Below, piece after piece: positions 49,001 to 61,658 of a DNA stretch of 64,000 nt. Position 1 is the first letter of the stretch, and the number at the start of each line of letters is the position of its first letter. The DNA is from Heteronotia binoei. Lineage: Eukaryota. The stretch spans positions 12,772,001 to 12,836,000 of the forward strand of contig NC_083236.1 in assembly GCF_032191835.1 (NCBI RefSeq). Reading direction: 5' to 3'. A program made the position numbers and the translations under genes. Under the pieces are notes generated by a model that saw only the letters and a program-made list of their open reading frames with translations, was not told the DNA's origin and did not search any database.

Positions 49001-49480
49001 TAGTGTGTGCCTCTGGGACAGCTCACCCCCGATTGCCACCCTTTGCCCTGACCCTTGAGGAAGGAGGAAAGCCATTGTAGGGCTAGCCCCCCAACCCCTA
49101 TGTCGGCCAGGCGGCGGATCAGTAGCCGATGGTATCGAATGCGGCTGATAGATCTAATAACATCAGCACCGCCACGCCGCCTCGGTCCAGATGCCGCTGG
49201 AGGTCATCTACCAAGGCGACCAGCACTGTCTCCGTCCCATGACCTGGGTGAAAGCCGGACTGGCAAGGGTCTAGGATGGAAGCGTCATCCAGAAAACCCT
49301 GCAACGCCACTGCCCTCTCAATAATTTTACCAAGAAACGGTAAATTAGAGACCGGTCAGTAATTTGCCAATTTGGCCGGGTCTGCTGTACTTTTTTTCAA
49401 GAGGGGGCGGACCATAGCCTCTTTCAAAAGTGCTGGAAAGCGCCCCTCGGAAAGGGATCTATTTATGATGTCCCGTAAAG
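46090..49480 (-). repeat. Inverted copy of 9567-12957 inside GRPEL1 intron 1
   Basis: Contains L2 (about 47860-49480), a Sauria-type SINE (47234-47541) and unique DNA; flanked by the direct repeat AGCCACCGTCCCTCCCC at 46073-46089 and 49479-49495. Confidence 0.95.
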
Positions 49481-51001
49481 CCACCGTCCCTCCCCGATTC
49501 TCCCCCTGTCATTGTACTCCTTTATTTTATTCTATTTTATTCAGTTATTCCCCGACTTTCTCCCCCATGGCGTTTCAGAATGGCTTAGCTAATTCTCCAT
49601 GTTATCCTCATAATATCCTGGTGAGGTAGGTTAGGGCTGAAAGAGGCACCCAGTGAGTATGACCGTCTCCTATCTTGTTTCTGTCCTGAGGAATGGGTTG
49701 GGGATGCTGAAACGGCCCTTGAGCAAGCACAGAGCCTTGTCCCTTGTGCTGGCTGCTCATTCTACCATATCAGTGCAGGATTATTGACTTATCTCATGTA
49801 CAGTTTTCAAAATATGGCAGTATCTCAATGGCTTTCTTCCACGGAAAAAAAGATATTTGGAAGAACATGCTAGATTTGCGGAAGGGGGGGGAAGGGTGGC
49901 TACGGAGGTACTTTGTGAATATAGCCTCACCTTGTGATCTTGACCCATTTGTCTTGAAATCCCAGGGTGGCAGATAAAAGCCTGAAACTTTTATCAAGCT
50001 TTTGTCAAAGTACCAGTTCAAGCTTTATTTCCATGTTGGTTCAATTTAACTGCTGAATTACTGTGATTGCAGGTGTCTGTGGTACAGAAAACTGCAGTAC
50101 ATGTAAAATCACACTTTTAAAAGTTCTTGTTAGACACACTTGTCTGTGGCAAATAGTATATTCCAGCAGTTGTACACAGAATAATGCAATAAAGTTTGTA
50201 ATGAAGTGTTTCTAATCACAAAAAAGGAGAAAGAACAAATATTTTAAAATCTTGTTACTAATAGGGTCTATAAATCATACTGTTCAATATGGCTGTGGTG
50301 TATTTTCGGAGTCAGTCATTTGTGAGTTCCAGAATACATATACTCAGCTATACTCAAAGTCAGTCCTGTGTTATTCAGTGGAGTGTACTAACTGGAAAAT
50401 ACCTGTAAGGGTGCAGGCATAATCTGATGGTAACCTATCCAGTTATTGGTTCTGTTTTTTCCCCTTAATCATGGAATGATCATCAGTGTTCACTTTTGAT
50501 GCCTAGTGAGTAGCACTCAATATACAAAGGCTTTTTTCTAATGCTCAGAAGCTCTTTCCCTTAAAATAAGGTCTGCAGACGTTCTTGAGCAAACTGTATT
50601 TCTCAAATAAAGGTTTATTCTGGGTATAAGCTTTCATGTGCGTGCATGCATGCATGCTTCTTCAGCTCCATTGAAACAGAATTCACCAACCATTGCATAT
50701 AGGTAGCGGGTGAGGAGGATGTTGTCAAGAAGGGCCGGTTATTCTGTTGCTATGACCTACATGGCTCCCCCACCTGAATCTGTGTTATCAAATGTTTGTC
50801 TAATAAAAAAAAGTACCATTCCACCTCCTCTGTGTATTGGACTGAGTTTTCTTAAAGAAAACTCTAATGCTCAGAAGCTCTTTCTCTTAAAATAAGGTCT
50901 GCAGACGATCTTGAGCAAACTTTATTTCTCAAATAAAGGTTTATTCTGGGTTTTCTTAAAGAAAACTGCTTTAATTCCATTGAATACGATTTTTGTTTCA
51001 G

Positions 51002-51173
51002 GACTTCTCGAATGCTTTGTACAGTGACTCAGGAGAAAAGTACTGGACCAAATTTGGAAGAGGAGCCCAGTCACCACAACAGTGAACAGAAATCTGATTC
51101 TAAGTCTGCTGCTGCTGCAAAGTTAGTAACAGAGGAAAAAGCTAAACTGGAAGAGCAACTAAAAGAAGTAACA
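51002..51173 (+). CDS. GRPEL1: GRPEL1 exon 2
   Basis: tttgtttcag acceptor and GTAAGA donor; encodes TSRMLCTVTQEK...EEKAKLEEQLKEVT; 71+172 nt = 81 codons. Confidence 0.93.
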
Positions 51174-51503
51174 GTAAGAATCCTTGGATTTGTTTTCTCA
51201 AAATATTTCAGTAGATAGGTAGTACTATTGAAGTTAGTGTTAATAATTGATTTCAGAACTGAGATTTGACAACTCTAATACCTGAAAAAAGGAGATCTGA
51301 CAGTTGTAAGGTCTACTCAGAAGTAATGCCTGTGTTATTAGATGAGGCATACTCCCATGAAAGTGTCCTCAGGGTTGCAACCAAAGTATTTGTAGTATAA
51401 ACTAAAGTGGTTTGAACTGCTTCTGAAGTCTGCATGGAGTCCTACATTTCCACCTCGTGAGCTGAAGCTAATTTTCCTTTGCCAAAAATAGGAATGTCTA
51501 TAT

Positions 51504-52805
51504 CTGGGGTGTCAAACATACAGCCCGCGGGCCAGATCAGGCCCACAGAGAGCTTCAATCAGGCCCTCCAGCGACTGGCTGTTGTCTGCTTAATTTGCCC
51601 TTGCGTGCTTTTTTCAGTGGCCATTTTGTGTTTCTCCCTGGAAAAGCTAGAGCAGCAAAGCAGCCTTTTCCTCTCCCCCCTCTCTTTTCCCAAAGGGAGG
51701 AGGAGGGAGGAGCAGCCTCAGCCAGTGAGGGAGCTTGGCTCTGTAGCTCTGCTGGTTGATTAAGTCTGCCAGGCTCAATTAATCACTCTGCAGAGCTACT
51801 GAGACAAGCTTCTCTTCCTTCTAATGAATGGCTGAGGCTCCTCCCCCTCCTCCTACCCTGGTGAAGGAAAGAAAGAGCCAGAGCTTCCTTTGCCCAGTCC
51901 CCACCATCAGGAGAGCTACAAAGAATGCTTTTAAGACTAGCAATGTTTTAGTGAAGGTATGAGCTTTTTGCCTTGCTACAGAGAGAGAGAGTTTTGTTGG
52001 GCTTGTAACTGGGTTCCCCTCCTCTTTTTCACTGTACTCATGCCCTCCAGATTTTCTTAATAGGAAAGCATGTGAACTATTTAGAAGAGAAATATCAGCA
52101 TTACGCTGAGAGACTGTTCCATCCCAGGTTTACCCAGCAAATTTTCCTTATTTTTTTTTTTCATATTTTCCTTTGATTGGGGGTCTTGAATTTAGACTTT
52201 CCAGATAGTAGGCTGTCTCTCTGTTCTTGTAGTTGTTTTTTTGGGGGGGAGGGGAGTTGTATTTTTTTTTTTTAGTTGTCATTTTTCTGGGGAAAATTAT
52301 ACTTTTGTAGACAAGCACATAGCCCTCAGTCTGTGGCCATGGTGCCTTCACATGTTCTTGACTAGTCCGTGAAGCAACTTCTGTCCAAAAGCTCACAATG
52401 CCCAGCTGCTTCATGTTCCTCTGGGTCTTAGGCTCAAAGCATTGACCATGAGATGTCTGTAATGAATGTTAATGAATCAAAAGTAGGTTTACAACTTACA
52501 GATGTGCACACCTGAACAGCACATATTCAAGACTGGTACAGCACAGACATTGTCTGCAGTTTTTGATGCAATAATTCATAGCAAGAGGTGACATTTATCA
52601 TAGACTGTAAAACAAAATATTGCAAGCGGGCTAATGTTTTAAGCATGTTTTATTTTAAGCAAAAAAAAAATCTTTGTGTGTCTGTCCTGTTTATAAAGTT
52701 TATATGTCAGCTACCTGGCATTACATTTTGATACACATGGCTCAGCCCGACATGGTCTCATTTATGTCAAATCCAGCCCTCATAACAAATGAGTTCAACA
52801 CCCCG
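51504..52805. mobile_element. hAT MITE related to 4909-5507, with extra internal sequence
   Basis: CTGGGGTGTCAAAC ... GTTCAACACCCCG; TSD GTCTATAT / GTCTAGAT (7 of 8 match). Confidence 0.7.
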
Positions 52806-53048
52806 GTCTAGATTTTACTTCGTAGCCAGTTATATAACAATCCAGTTTAGTTTATAGATTGGATTTCAGTTTTTACTTTTCTTTTATTAGTTAGGCAAAT
52901 CCAAATTGGGGGTCACAAAAATAGGAGGCAACCCACGGGCGTTGTGCGACATGTTCATGCTTCTGAGGCCATGAGAAAGACATTTTATTCATAAAAGCTG
53001 GCAGGTAGCTGTGCAGTTTAATAAAACACAAATGTTTTTGTTTTTCAG

Positions 53049-53130
53049 GACAAGTATAAACGTGCCCTGGCTGATGTAGAAAATCTGCGACAAAGAACTC
53101 AGAAACTGGTAGAAGAAGCAAAGTTGTATG
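53049..53130 (+). CDS. GRPEL1: GRPEL1 exon 3
   Basis: tttttcag acceptor and GTAAGT donor; DKYKRALADVENLRQRTQKLVEEAKLY(G), the GrpE long helix motif. Confidence 0.96.
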
Positions 53131-54224
53131 GTAAGTATAGAGTTGTTTTTGTTAGGTTGGCACCCTAATAATCATGACTTAAGGCTAAAGCTTGAAAATA
53201 TAACAACAATGCCATTCATCTAAAGCAAGGGTCCCCGAACATTTTGAGCCTGCAGGAATATCTGGAATTCTGACCATGGCATGGTGGGTGCAGCAACAAA
53301 GTGGTTGCCACAGCTTACCTTCAGTCACACAGTGCAGATCCTTGTGCTGTGGTGGCAGCGGCTGTCAGAGAAACATTTTTTTTTTTTCAAAATCTGCACT
53401 AGTCAATCGGAAGCCTTGCTGGGTAAAAGTCCTACCTAGTCCCACTCGCTTCCTAAAAACACTTGGTGGATGCCAGAGAAGGTTTCCGTGAGCACCTTGG
53501 CACCCACAGGCACCACATTGGGAACCCCCGATGTAAAACATGTACTGGTGGCACGGCTTTAAAGAAGCACAGATAATATTAACTAGCTTGGGTTTTCACT
53601 TCATGGCATAGGAGGCACCAGTAAGTTGCACCCAAACCTAAGGAACTTTGTCACCCTGGACATATAAACATATAAAAGAATTAAATTAAAACGTAGAAAA
53701 GAATTAAAAGTGCCGCCCATTTTTGAGCTTGAGACTAAGGATGAATCTTGGGACTGAAAAAAGTTGACGTTTGCAGCTAGTACTCCTGCTGTAACTTTGA
53801 TGCTGCAGTTCTGTAAATATTAGAGATGGGCATGAACTGGAAAAATGCAGTTCTTGTTGGTTCATGGCTGAACCGCAAGCAGAATTGAATGGGAGACTCA
53901 TTTGCAAACTAAACTAGTTCATGGCCCCGCAAACCCTATTAAAAGGGGCCACATTTCCTTTAAAACAGGCTTTCTAGTAAACATACGCAGGGTCCTGAAG
54001 CATAATCTGCATTAACTGCAATCTGTCGTGGCCTGTATCTTAATAGAGTTCTCTCAGTTGTACAGGATGTTGGTATCTCAGTACTTAGTAGCATATCATA
54101 GTTAATAGGTGTACTTCCTGGGCCTGAATACTGCAGACAAATCTGGAACAAACATTTTCTCTCAGGCAATTGGAGTATTATTACACTCAGGATCGACTGA
54201 AACGTGACTGATTTCTTGCTTTAG

Positions 54225-54571
54225 GGATTCAGAGTTTCTGTAAAGACTTGTTAGACGTTGCTGATGTTCTGGAGAAAGCAACAGAGAGTGTTCCCAAAGA
54301 GGAGCTCAAGGATGAAAACCCTCATCTGAAAAACCTCTACGAAGGTCTTGCTATGACTGAAGTTCAGATACAGAAAGTGTTTGGAAAACACGGCTTGGTG
54401 AAACTGAATCCCCTTGGGGCCAAGTTTGATCCTTATGAACACGAAGCATTATTCCACGTCCCCATGGAAGGGAAGGAGCCCGGCACAGTAGCTTTAGTGT
54501 CTAAGGTTGGCTATAAATTGCACGGCCGTACTCTGAGGCCCGCCTTAGTTGGCATAGTGAAAGAACCATAA
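54225..54571 (+). CDS. GRPEL1: GRPEL1 exon 4 to stop; full CDS 672 nt, 223 aa GrpE nucleotide-exchange factor
   Basis: ttcttgctttag acceptor; GIQSFCKDLLDVAD...FDPYEHEALF...GYKLHGRTLRPALVGIVKEP* carries GrpE C-terminal signatures. Confidence 0.97.
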
Positions 54572-55544
54572 GACTTGAATCTGAAAGAACAGAAGTGCTA
54601 TACAACTGTTAAATACCTGGATAATGGTCCACTTCACATAGTGATGATGCAACAAAAGACGCAGGACCTTAAGCCCAAAGTGTTCAAACTGGATATGGAT
54701 AATGCGAGGGATTACTATGTGAATTTTACATGCATTACCTGTACATTATCTGTACATTCTGATAAATATTGTGATTAAAGAGCCCTGCATTGTAACTAAG
54801 CAGTTTCTTAGCAAAAAGAATGCAACGATGTTGATTATTGTCTAGAATGAAAGCCTTTGGACTCCTGCGTATATCCACAATGCCACCTTTTGGAAGCTGT
54901 CTTTTCTCTCCTTGCTTTGTGAATATGGAGCTGGGCACTGGTCTAGTCAAGTTAAGTCCTTTTGTTCTCATAGAAGTTTCACAGTAAAATTAGAAAAAAT
55001 ATTTTAAGTGCTTTCCATATTTTCCAGATTCAGTTTAGTATTATACACATTTCAGATTGCTATGTTAATTATCGATGCAAAGGTCGAAGTTTAATTGGCA
55101 AGTTCAGTAGTTTGTAAAATTGTACTGATATCTGGCTGGTAGGCACAGCACCCAGCAGCAAATATTTACAGTGTCTCCCCCCCACCGACCCTTCTCAGCA
55201 ACTCGTCTCTTGCTTGTGCCCCCCTCCCATTTAGTCAGCAAGATAAGATTTCTAGTTAAATTGGTGGAATCCTGAGTTGATTGATTATAAAGTACATGAG
55301 GCATAGCTCAAGAGCCTATTTCCAGTTTATGTCCTTAGCACTTTTATTTGTATATGTGAACTTGTACTGGAAACCAGGAATTTAAGATGAATTAATATTT
55401 GCTGTACAAATGTGCACATATTGCACATAGTGCAAACAAATGGCACTAATAAGCTAGTGTAGTTGGTGGCAATTGTAAATGAGAATTATGACCTCTCAAC
55501 TTCTCAACATTCCATTAGCCTCATTTAGCTTTCAGAACAGCGAA

Positions 55545-55550
55545 AATAAA
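55545..55550 (+). terminator. Candidate GRPEL1 polyadenylation signal
   Basis: AATAAA about 1 kb after the stop codon in AT-rich UTR-like sequence; other candidates exist (ATTAAA near 54775, AATAAA near 56049). Confidence 0.35.
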
Positions 55551-57462
55551 ATACATACCTCTAGTGCAGCAGCAGCCTGCACTGATTCAGCTTGTGCAGC
55601 CTTTCCCCATATTTTGTTACCTAGTTTCAGATGTTCTTTGCATGGTGGAAGAGTCCCAAGAAGGTGATCAATACCAGAAAATAGTTTGTTGAGCACCTCT
55701 GTTCACCTATTTTAGTTTTCCTCAGCTGTGACTTGCATGGCCTCTCAAGTCCAAATTAGAAGTGACAGGGCACTAACTGTCTAATTTGGCTCTTAGAGAA
55801 GCACTGAGAACAACTGGCATAGCCAACAGTGGGAGTTGTAATCCAATTAAGTTCCAGATAGCCAGAATCACATGTCTTGAAGCAGATTTTAAAATGCAAT
55901 TTTTTCCCAGGGTAGTGGCGTAGATAACCAGGTTGAGGAGTCAAAGAACAGACTTCGTGAATGCTTGCTTTTTGCTACTCCTTCCAAGCAAGAGCTGAAA
56001 CCCAAATAATCCACTGCAGATCAATTATAATAATTATAATAATAATCAATAAACGTTTAGTTACACTTGCATATATTTGCTATAAGAAGTTTCTGATTTG
56101 GAAAGAGGGCCATCAGGCAATGGACCTGAATGTCCAGGCAAGGGAGTGCGCATTTGGCTAAATCCAAGCCAAGAAAAAGAGCCTTGTTTGTATTTCCAGC
56201 TATTGTTTCAGCCGGAATCTAGATATTGTTTATCTATTTGAAACAGTCGAGCCCTGAAGATCCCAAAAATATTTGGGATCTTTGGGACCGCTAGAAAGAC
56301 AAACTTGAAGGGTGTTAAGGGATTACAGTCTCTTTAAATGCTTTCTCCAAGCTGCATTGAAATCAGTGGAGGATGGGACACCTCCTTTGGGGGACCATAG
56401 AAATGAGCCCCCTGGTCCAATATTTTTTAAACTTTTTTTTTTGAGGAGAGGCCCCAGCAAGCTATGCTGTAAATTTGATGCCTCTTCCTCAACAGCGCCT
56501 GAGATACTGCTGGATAATGATCCCCATATGGTGTAATGGAGCCGAAGAAATTAGGGTTTCCCATTTATGAATCTGAACTCCATACCGATATTGTAATTTG
56601 GAAATATTGGGAAAATGCCAATATTTTTCAGGTTCAGTATACCCAAACCCAAAAAATACTCCCCCTGGCCTACACCCCTAGTGCAGATAGTGATCAGGCG
56701 GACTTATTTGTCTTGAAACTATTTCTAGGTAGAGGCCTACCTAAGCACTAACAGCTGCAGGGAATAGAAGCAGCACTTCAACTACCTGATTGATGCTTGG
56801 CCAAAATGTACAGCCATGGTTTCCCTTCTGTTTCTCATTTAAACTAGAAATAAAACTGCTCTTTGTTGCAGAAGTGTTTCAAAGTATCCTCTGTAGAGAA
56901 TAGTGCTTCATTTTGGCCGGCCTGACAGCCTAAATTTGGATCCTTTCACAAAAAATGAGTATTAACTTTTTGTACGTATAACATTTTAATTGTTCAAGAA
57001 TGTATTTTGCACTGATTTAGAGATGCCTTTTCTCTTCACTAAGAGACCTTTGTGCATAAACAGTCTTCTGCATGTATCACTTATCTGCGGGCTCATGAGC
57101 CCCAAGATTGGCCCCAATGCGAGTGGTATTTGCCCATCTACGGCTGCCTCTCACATGAGATCGTGCACAGCTACACTGGAGCAGTCTGAATCTTAACTTT
57201 TCAAACCAAAGACAGACCTGGATTGCTTTTGTCTAGTTTTACTATGCATCCAGAAAACAAAAAAATAATTACAGTTTCAGTGTTCCTTACACACACACAC
57301 ACTCTTTACCATTTTCAGGAAATAACTTATTTGCTAAGAAACAACTGGTATGCTTTTCATGGCAAGAGCCTATTAATTTTATTTTTGCTGTAGGATTAGT
57401 TATTGCAGGTCAGAGATGATTTTACTTCTAAAACAACCTTAGAGAAACATTAGCTGAAAAGA

Positions 57463-57468
57463 TTTATT
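57463..57468 (-). terminator. Candidate TADA2B polyadenylation signal
   Basis: TTTATT on plus (AATAAA on minus) about 3.2 kb after the TADA2B stop, at the end of a stretch with few recognisable repeats. Confidence 0.25.
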
Positions 57469-60400
57469 CGCTCTTGTTAAACTTTGCAGAAATGTTTGCT
57501 GTCACATGAAAATGTTTACCGAAGTCTTTTCCAGAGTATTGGTACACTAAAAAAAATACTTCAAATTATCAACTGTGCCTTTAGCACCAAAACTGCTTCT
57601 CTTAGGCAACAAGAAAGTGTTAACAAAAGGTAAAACTTTTCCTACCATCATACCTGTCTGTGAGAGTCTTTTGTCCATGAAACGCCTCACTTTAACTGCA
57701 TCATACATACCAGTATAATAATGGTGAAAGCACCCAAACCCCACACAGTCCTAGCTCTATAAATAAGGTAGGCACATAACAGCATGTGTGTGTCACAAAG
57801 TCTTAAGAAGAACGATCTCTCAAGCTGTATAAGAAGACTAGGAAGGATAAGGTAAGTTAATGGCCAGAGAAAGCGGGCTGTGTTCCAACGTCACTGACGG
57901 CTATGTGACTGAAATGTGATTAACTCCATACTGGGGCCAAAATCTATAGCTGTATGATGCATCAAAGTTTGTAACCAGAGCATAGAACCTTTTGTCAAAA
58001 CAGTGCCATTTAACTAGTTTATGAAGGGGAACAAAGTTCCTTTCTTCGATGAGGCAGCACACACACTAGGGAAAAACAGGACTAGAACTGTCTCCTCAGG
58101 GCTGGTGGTGTTTGTGACATCAGTGGATCAGATAAGTGCTGGAGATAAAGTGGAAAGGGCCAAAATTATTCCGCCATGCCTGTACAGAGTTGTTCAAGAT
58201 TTGGAATTAAAGAGCTGTATTTGAATTACATCCCAATCTGTAGAAAACATGGTTATGCACTTTATGTAGAATTACAACTAAAGGCTAAAAGTGTGCTGTG
58301 TCATGTTTCGGAATGTTCCCACCCATAAAAGCTCAACATATTAATCCAGCAAACCCACCCCTAAAAAAACTCAATAAGCGCTCCAGGGAGAGGACTGCAT
58401 TAAACTTCCTTCTCCAGTGTGCTGATTTACTGTAACAGTGGTGGGGTTATATATGAGGAGGCATTTAAAAAAGCAACTCTCCCCTCAAGTGATTCACAAT
58501 TCTATCAACTTGATTTATAGTTTCATTCTACGCAATGTGTAGATCCATTCTAAATTCCAAAAGTTTTGAGAAAGCTGGACTGTTTAAGGCTGTAATCCTA
58601 AACAGGAAAACAGTCACATTTAAATCCAATGGGACCTTCAGTGATCACACCTCTGTGGCACATGGAGGCTTTTGTTTTTCAAGGCCCAGGCAGGCTGTTT
58701 ATTTTTAGATGACAAGCTCAGTCACAGACAGCAAATCTCACAATCTCCAGAGAAGCAGGGCAGAAACATCTCTTCACCAGCAGGCAGCAACAGCGCAATC
58801 CAAAGAATGCCTTGTGTCACACAAAGGGCATGCAGGAGATAGATGTTTTTGTAAGTTTTGCAGTGACACCACATAGCAAGACTGCTCTGGGAGCTGTCTC
58901 TTGAGTTACCAAAGCAACTGGGAAAGGCTTCTCTTAGGGAAGGAAACCCCGCTAAACAAAAAAGATCTCTGGATTGTCAGCTGTCTAGTCACTGATAAAA
59001 GGCGACCAATAAGTGAGTGTTTGAATTTGGCACAATCCCTTCAGGCCGACCACCTGAAACAAAATAGAGCTGCTGATCTGTGCCGAGTGTGAAGCTGCCT
59101 GATGGGCAACTTTTGTCTGAAGTCAGACCTGTGCACAATTTATACACTGCCAAACCCCCAGCAGGAGCTTGGTAAAAGCTTTCCATTTTTGCTACTTGCC
59201 TGAGGCTGAAGAACCAAAGCGACTATCAAACACCTGGCAGGCCTCAATACAACCTCCTGGTAGGTGCATGGTGTTGGATCCTATCAACTACAAACAAACC
59301 TCTTTGCCAGTTACCCTTCACAATATCTGCGCTCCCAACAGAAGCTGCCTCTGAATACGGGGGGCCCTCGAGAACACTATAAATGATCAAAGCAAGAAAG
59401 GGGAAAGAAACAGGTCACTACTCTTGGGTGACTTTTTCCCACAAGAGCTGGGGAGCGGGATGATTTCTGCTGAGTCTCCCTTCTTCAGCCACCTGTACTT
59501 TCCTTTTTCTTTTGTATTAAGCAGGAGAAGACTCTTATTTCTTTTTAAAATTTTGATGGACTGAGACAAAAGCTACCTGGACTGTGTCCTGTATGTCCGC
59601 CAGATTTCTCTCTCCTTGCAGGAGTGACACGGCCACAACAAGAAGGGGTATAAATATCTCCTGGGGATTTTCTCTGCTTGCAGGAGACTGGATCCAACAC
59701 ATGATGTAGCAGTTCACTCTACAGAAACCAGATGCCATTACTGCTACCTAATGGGTGTTTGTCATCCTGTACTTGAATGAACAGTTTTCATTTCTATTAA
59801 GTGAAACCCCTCTGTACAGGTGTGCATGCATGCATTCCTCATGGCACTCCAACCACTGAAAAGAACAGTAGCACCAATGCACTCATATGAGAGCTCCTGG
59901 ATCATGACCGTGTTCACAAAGGAAATGCTAATTATTGGCCAAAAGCATCCCACAGTTCTGCAATCACCTAGATGGTGGAGCCCATCAATCCAAAAAATAA
60001 CCACAATGCATTGCCCCTCAAGCAAATGAAGCAACTCAATGCCCCACCCTATAGCTGCCTTCTATACTCCCATGTTTTTTTGCAATTTCTGCTGCCCATC
60101 CCATGAAATACATATACTATGACAATGAACTATAAAAACATTCACTAATAAGGATATTCACCAAGAACTCCTAATTTCTTCTCAACTGCAATGTACAAGA
60201 TTCAGTAAAAAGACACATGCAGCCTGACCCTATTCAGATTTACTTGGCATCAAGCCCACTGAACGCAATGGGCCTTGCTTCCAAGTAAAGCGCACAAAAG
60301 CTTGCAATGTTAGCCAGCACAATACAAGCTGATAGGGCCTTTTCACCCCTCCTCCAATAACTTGTGTTCCAAAGGTGTTGCTCAGTAACAGTGACAAGGT

Positions 60401-60665
60401 TCCCCATCTCAGTTTTAATATACTAGTAGTCCATGTATGTGCGCCACTTGATCCATCAACTTCCTCAGGTTAAGGAAGTTAAAAGTGGGGCCATTCAACT
60501 TTTGCATGATCCACCACTGAAAAAGAATCCATCAAACTGAGGGTGTCAAGCTTTCACAATGGAAACCCTAGGTTTTGAGAAAAGGGAAGATAGTAACAAT
60601 TATTCAGGGCAGCAATAGGCCCTTTTGTTCATATGAATAAGTATGCCAAAACATACAGACAAGAT

Positions 60666-61658
60666 TCAAGAAGCATCTCTGGATATCCAACCGCTCTCTG
60701 TTAAGAAATTCAAAATCCTTTTCTTTAGTACCTTATCTAAGTAACTAGGAAGACGGCTTTTTGATGGAATGCCTTGTCTTTTTTGTAGATGATCTTTAAT
60801 TATAATAGTTTTAACTGTCACATAACGTGCTGGGCTCAGATTTATAGAGCTACAAAGTACTTTTTCTCGGTCTGACAGCAGCTCAAAGCCTGGAAGATTT
60901 TCAATGGCAGCAAATTCTCCATCTTTCCCATCTTCCTTTCCCCTCTTGGCAGTAGTAATATTTTTGTTCTCTTTCCTCTTCTCTCGTTTGTGTCTAGCAG
61001 CTTCATACTCTGCTGACTCTTCCATTTTCGTGATTCCATTCCGACGGTACCGTTGTAGTTCCCTAATCTTGGTTCGCAGAACCTTCTCCTTGTGCAGGTT
61101 TTCAAAGAAATCATCAAACTCCTTACAAGACATAAACTGGTAGAGAGACCTTAGTTTTAATCTCAGCTCTTTTTCTTCTTTTGTGATCTTGCGTTTGGAA
61201 GGTTTTTCTTTGTCCTTTCTGTCCTTCCCTAAAAAAGCAGGAACCAGGTTGTAGTCACGAGCAATGTTCTTTCTGCGCTGCCTCTCTTTCAGCTTCCTCA
61301 CATACATGTCCACATGGGCCCTCTTTAATTCTATTTCCACATCGTCGTCATCATAGTTCACTGACAAACCACTGATCAAAGTCTCAGCATCTTGGTCATA
61401 CTCGATTTCATAGTCATCTCTAAGTGGCATATATCCCAGCTGCTGCTGCTCAGTCACTGATATGTCTAGAGGCGGTAGAGGCATGGTCAGGCTGGGAGAA
61501 AGTGGACCACCACTTGGGCAGGTGTGGTCAGTCACTCTGTTTGGTATGATGTCAGGGATGCAGGCTTTTCCAAGGTTGCCATGGATGTACATGCTTACAT
61601 AGTGCTCCATCACTTCCTGAGGAGTCCGTGATGCTCCAACATGAGCAGCCATATCTTC
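60666..61658 (-). CDS. TADA2B: TADA2B exon 2 to stop (SANT remainder, SWIRM); full protein 420 aa
   Basis: AG acceptor at 61659-61660, then EDMAAHVGASRTPQEVMEHY...FLTESGWISRDAS*; 270+993 nt = 1263 nt. Confidence 0.97.
   Translation of the reverse strand, partial: EDMAAHVGASRTPQEVMEHYVSMYIHGNLGKACIPDIIPNRVTDHTCPSGGPLSPSLTMPLPPLDISVTEQQQLGYMPLRDDYEIEYDQDAETLISGLSVNYDDDDVEIELKRAHVDMYVRKLKERQRRKNIARDYNLVPAFLGKDRKDKEKPSKRKITKEEKELRLKLRSLYQFMSCKEFDDFFENLHKEKVLRTKIRELQRYRRNGITKMEESAEYEAARHKREKRKENKNITTAKRGKEDGKDGEFAAIENLPGFELLSDREKVLCSSINLSPARYVTVKTIIIKDHLQKRQGIPSKSRLPSYLDKVLKKRILNFLTESGWISRDAS

Noticed and set aside
54160-54224. Alternative upstream acceptors for GRPEL1 exon 4 (AG at 54164-54165 and 54189-54190)
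   Set aside because: Both would shift the frame; only the AG at 54223-54224 gives the conserved GIQSF reading.
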